From Octopus vulgaris (taxonomy: Eukaryota): 64,000 nucleotides of DNA. This document shows, one piece after another, positions 62,290-64,000 of the stretch (positions are counted from its first letter, which is position 1; each line of letters begins with the position of its first letter). The stretch spans positions 90,272,001-90,336,000 of the forward strand of contig OX597822.1 of the NCBI GenBank assembly GCA_951406725.2, in the 5' to 3' direction. The notes under the pieces are model-generated. The model was not told where the DNA came from and ran no database searches. It worked only from the letters and a program-made list of their open reading frames with translations. The translations under genes and the position numbers were made by a program.

Positions 62290-62869
62290 GAGAGAGAGGG
62301 GTATTTAAAATATTTGTGAATGACAAAAGGAAGAGATTGGAGAAATTGACATACAGACATCAGTTTATTCCAACATATTCAAATCCATATAATGAAATTT
62401 CTGTCCTACAACTGTTTCCATATCCAATTAGTTCAGTTATAGAAATTAAATTAAATTAAATTAATTTAATTTAAATTTTCATTTTAAGACTAGTTAATTG
62501 GGTATTTCATCAGGGGAGAGTTTTCCAAAAGGAGTTACATTTCAACATGTTGGTTGTGCTATGACAGACCTAGATGTGTGCGTTTTTGAATGTGTGCATT
62601 TTAAAAGAACCATTATTTGCATATATATATTTATATATATATATATATATACATATAAACAAATATACTTGATATATTTGTGCACATGCATATGTAATAC
62701 ATGACAGTTTTTATTAGAAGTAGTGTGGTACTTAGGGTGAAATAAATGTTATAGGGAGAAAGAGAGAAAGATGGGTAGAGACAGAGTGAGGGAGAGGGTA
62801 GTAACATTCATCAAGTAGTTGTGCATGTGTTTGTTGAAAGAAATACTGAAGTCAACAAAAAATATGACC

Positions 62870-63030
62870 ATAGGTGCAGCATGGCTGCATGGTAAGAAGC
62901 TTTCTTCACAACCACATAGTTCTAGGTTCAGTTCCGCTGCATTGCACCTTGGGCAAATGTCTTCTGCTATAGCCTCAGGTTGACCAAAGCCTTGTAAGTG
63001 GATTTGGTAGACAGAAACTGAAAGAAGTCC
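62870..63030 (+). mobile_element. OR1-like SINE, 5' half
   Basis: Family match. Confidence 0.8.
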
Positions 63031-63055
63031 ATATATATATAAGAAGTAAGAAGTA

Positions 63056-63308
63056 CATCATCATCGTTTAACGTCCATTTTCCATGCTAGCATGGGTTGG
63101 ACGGTTCGACCGGAGATCTGGGAAGCCAGAAGGCTGCACCAGGCTCCAATCTGATCTGGCAGTGTTTCTACAGCTGGATGCCCTTCCTAACGCCAACCAC
63201 TCCGTGAATGTAGTGGGTGCTTTTTACGTGCCACCTGCACAGGTGCCAGGCGAGGCTGGCAATGGTCACGATCGGATCGGTGCATTTTACGTGCCACCGG
63301 CAAAAGCA

Positions 63309-63352
<44 letters not shown>

Positions 63353-64000
63353 CAACATCATCATCGTTCAATGTCCACTTTCCATGCATGCATGGGTTGG
63401 ACGATTTGACTGAGGACTGCCGAACCAGATGGCTGCACCAGGCTCCAATCTGATCTGGCAATGTTTCTACAGCTGGATGCCCTTCCTAACGCCAACCACT
63501 CCAAGAGTGTAATGGGTGCCTTTACGTGCCACCGGCACGAGGGCCAGTCAGGCAGTACTGGCAACGGCCATGCACGAATGTTTTTTCACGTGCCAGTAGG
63601 GTAACACGGGTAATGATCATACTCAAATGGTGCTTTTTACATGCCACCAGCACAGATGCCAGTCAGCTGCTCTGGCAACGATCATGCTCAGATGGTGCTC
63701 TTAGCACTCCTCTAGCAAGGATGCCAGTCATCGAATTTGATTTCGATTTCACTTGCCTCAACAGGTCTTCGCAAGCAGAGTTTAGTGTCCAATGAAGTAA
63801 AGGTATGCATAAGTGGGCTAGTCACACCCCTGGTATAGGCCACGGGTTATGGTCTCACTTGTCTTGCAGGGTCTTCTCACGCACAGCATATTTCCAAAGG
63901 TCTCGATCACTAGTCATTGCCTCGGTGAGGCCTAATGTTCGAAGGTTGTGCTTCACTACCTCATCTCAGTTTTTCCTGGGTCTACCTCTTCCACAGGTTC
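63056..64000 (-). mobile_element. Two adjacent RTE 3' ends, the second running off the window
   Basis: (cat)n tails at 63056 and 63357; TCGRGRPRK remnant at the window end. Confidence 0.88.

Overview
This is AT-rich, repeat-dominated eukaryotic DNA. The SINE and RTE-tail families look like those of an octopod cephalopod (Octopus sp.); this is an inference from recalled repeat families. The only host gene I can recognise with confidence is CDK5 on the minus strand: coding exon 1 at 15171-15207 and exon 2 at 6954-7042, with later exons apparently left of the window. About 80% of CDK5 intron 1 is one complete, decayed hAT transposon (7918-14504, perfect 8-bp TSD GTATCACA) that carries nested L1/Tx1-ORF1 and SINE insertions. 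The rest is layered mobile DNA: a nearly intact Penelope-like retroelement (RT + GIY-YIG), many RTE LINE pieces, CR1 and Tx1 fragments, Tc1/mariner, hAT-Charlie, Chapaev3, Mutator and Helitron relics, several foldback MITEs, tRNA-derived SINEs and (TA)n/(CAT)n microsatellites. The most notable non-coding signals are a cluster of type I hammerhead-ribozyme motifs (41-46 kb, including a 364-bp retrozyme-like unit), a perfect 36-bp-stem hairpin in CDK5 intron 2, a candidate 6-nt antisense microexon, and two CpG-retaining unique islands. I found no clearly unprecedented system; the candidates are ranked under findings.
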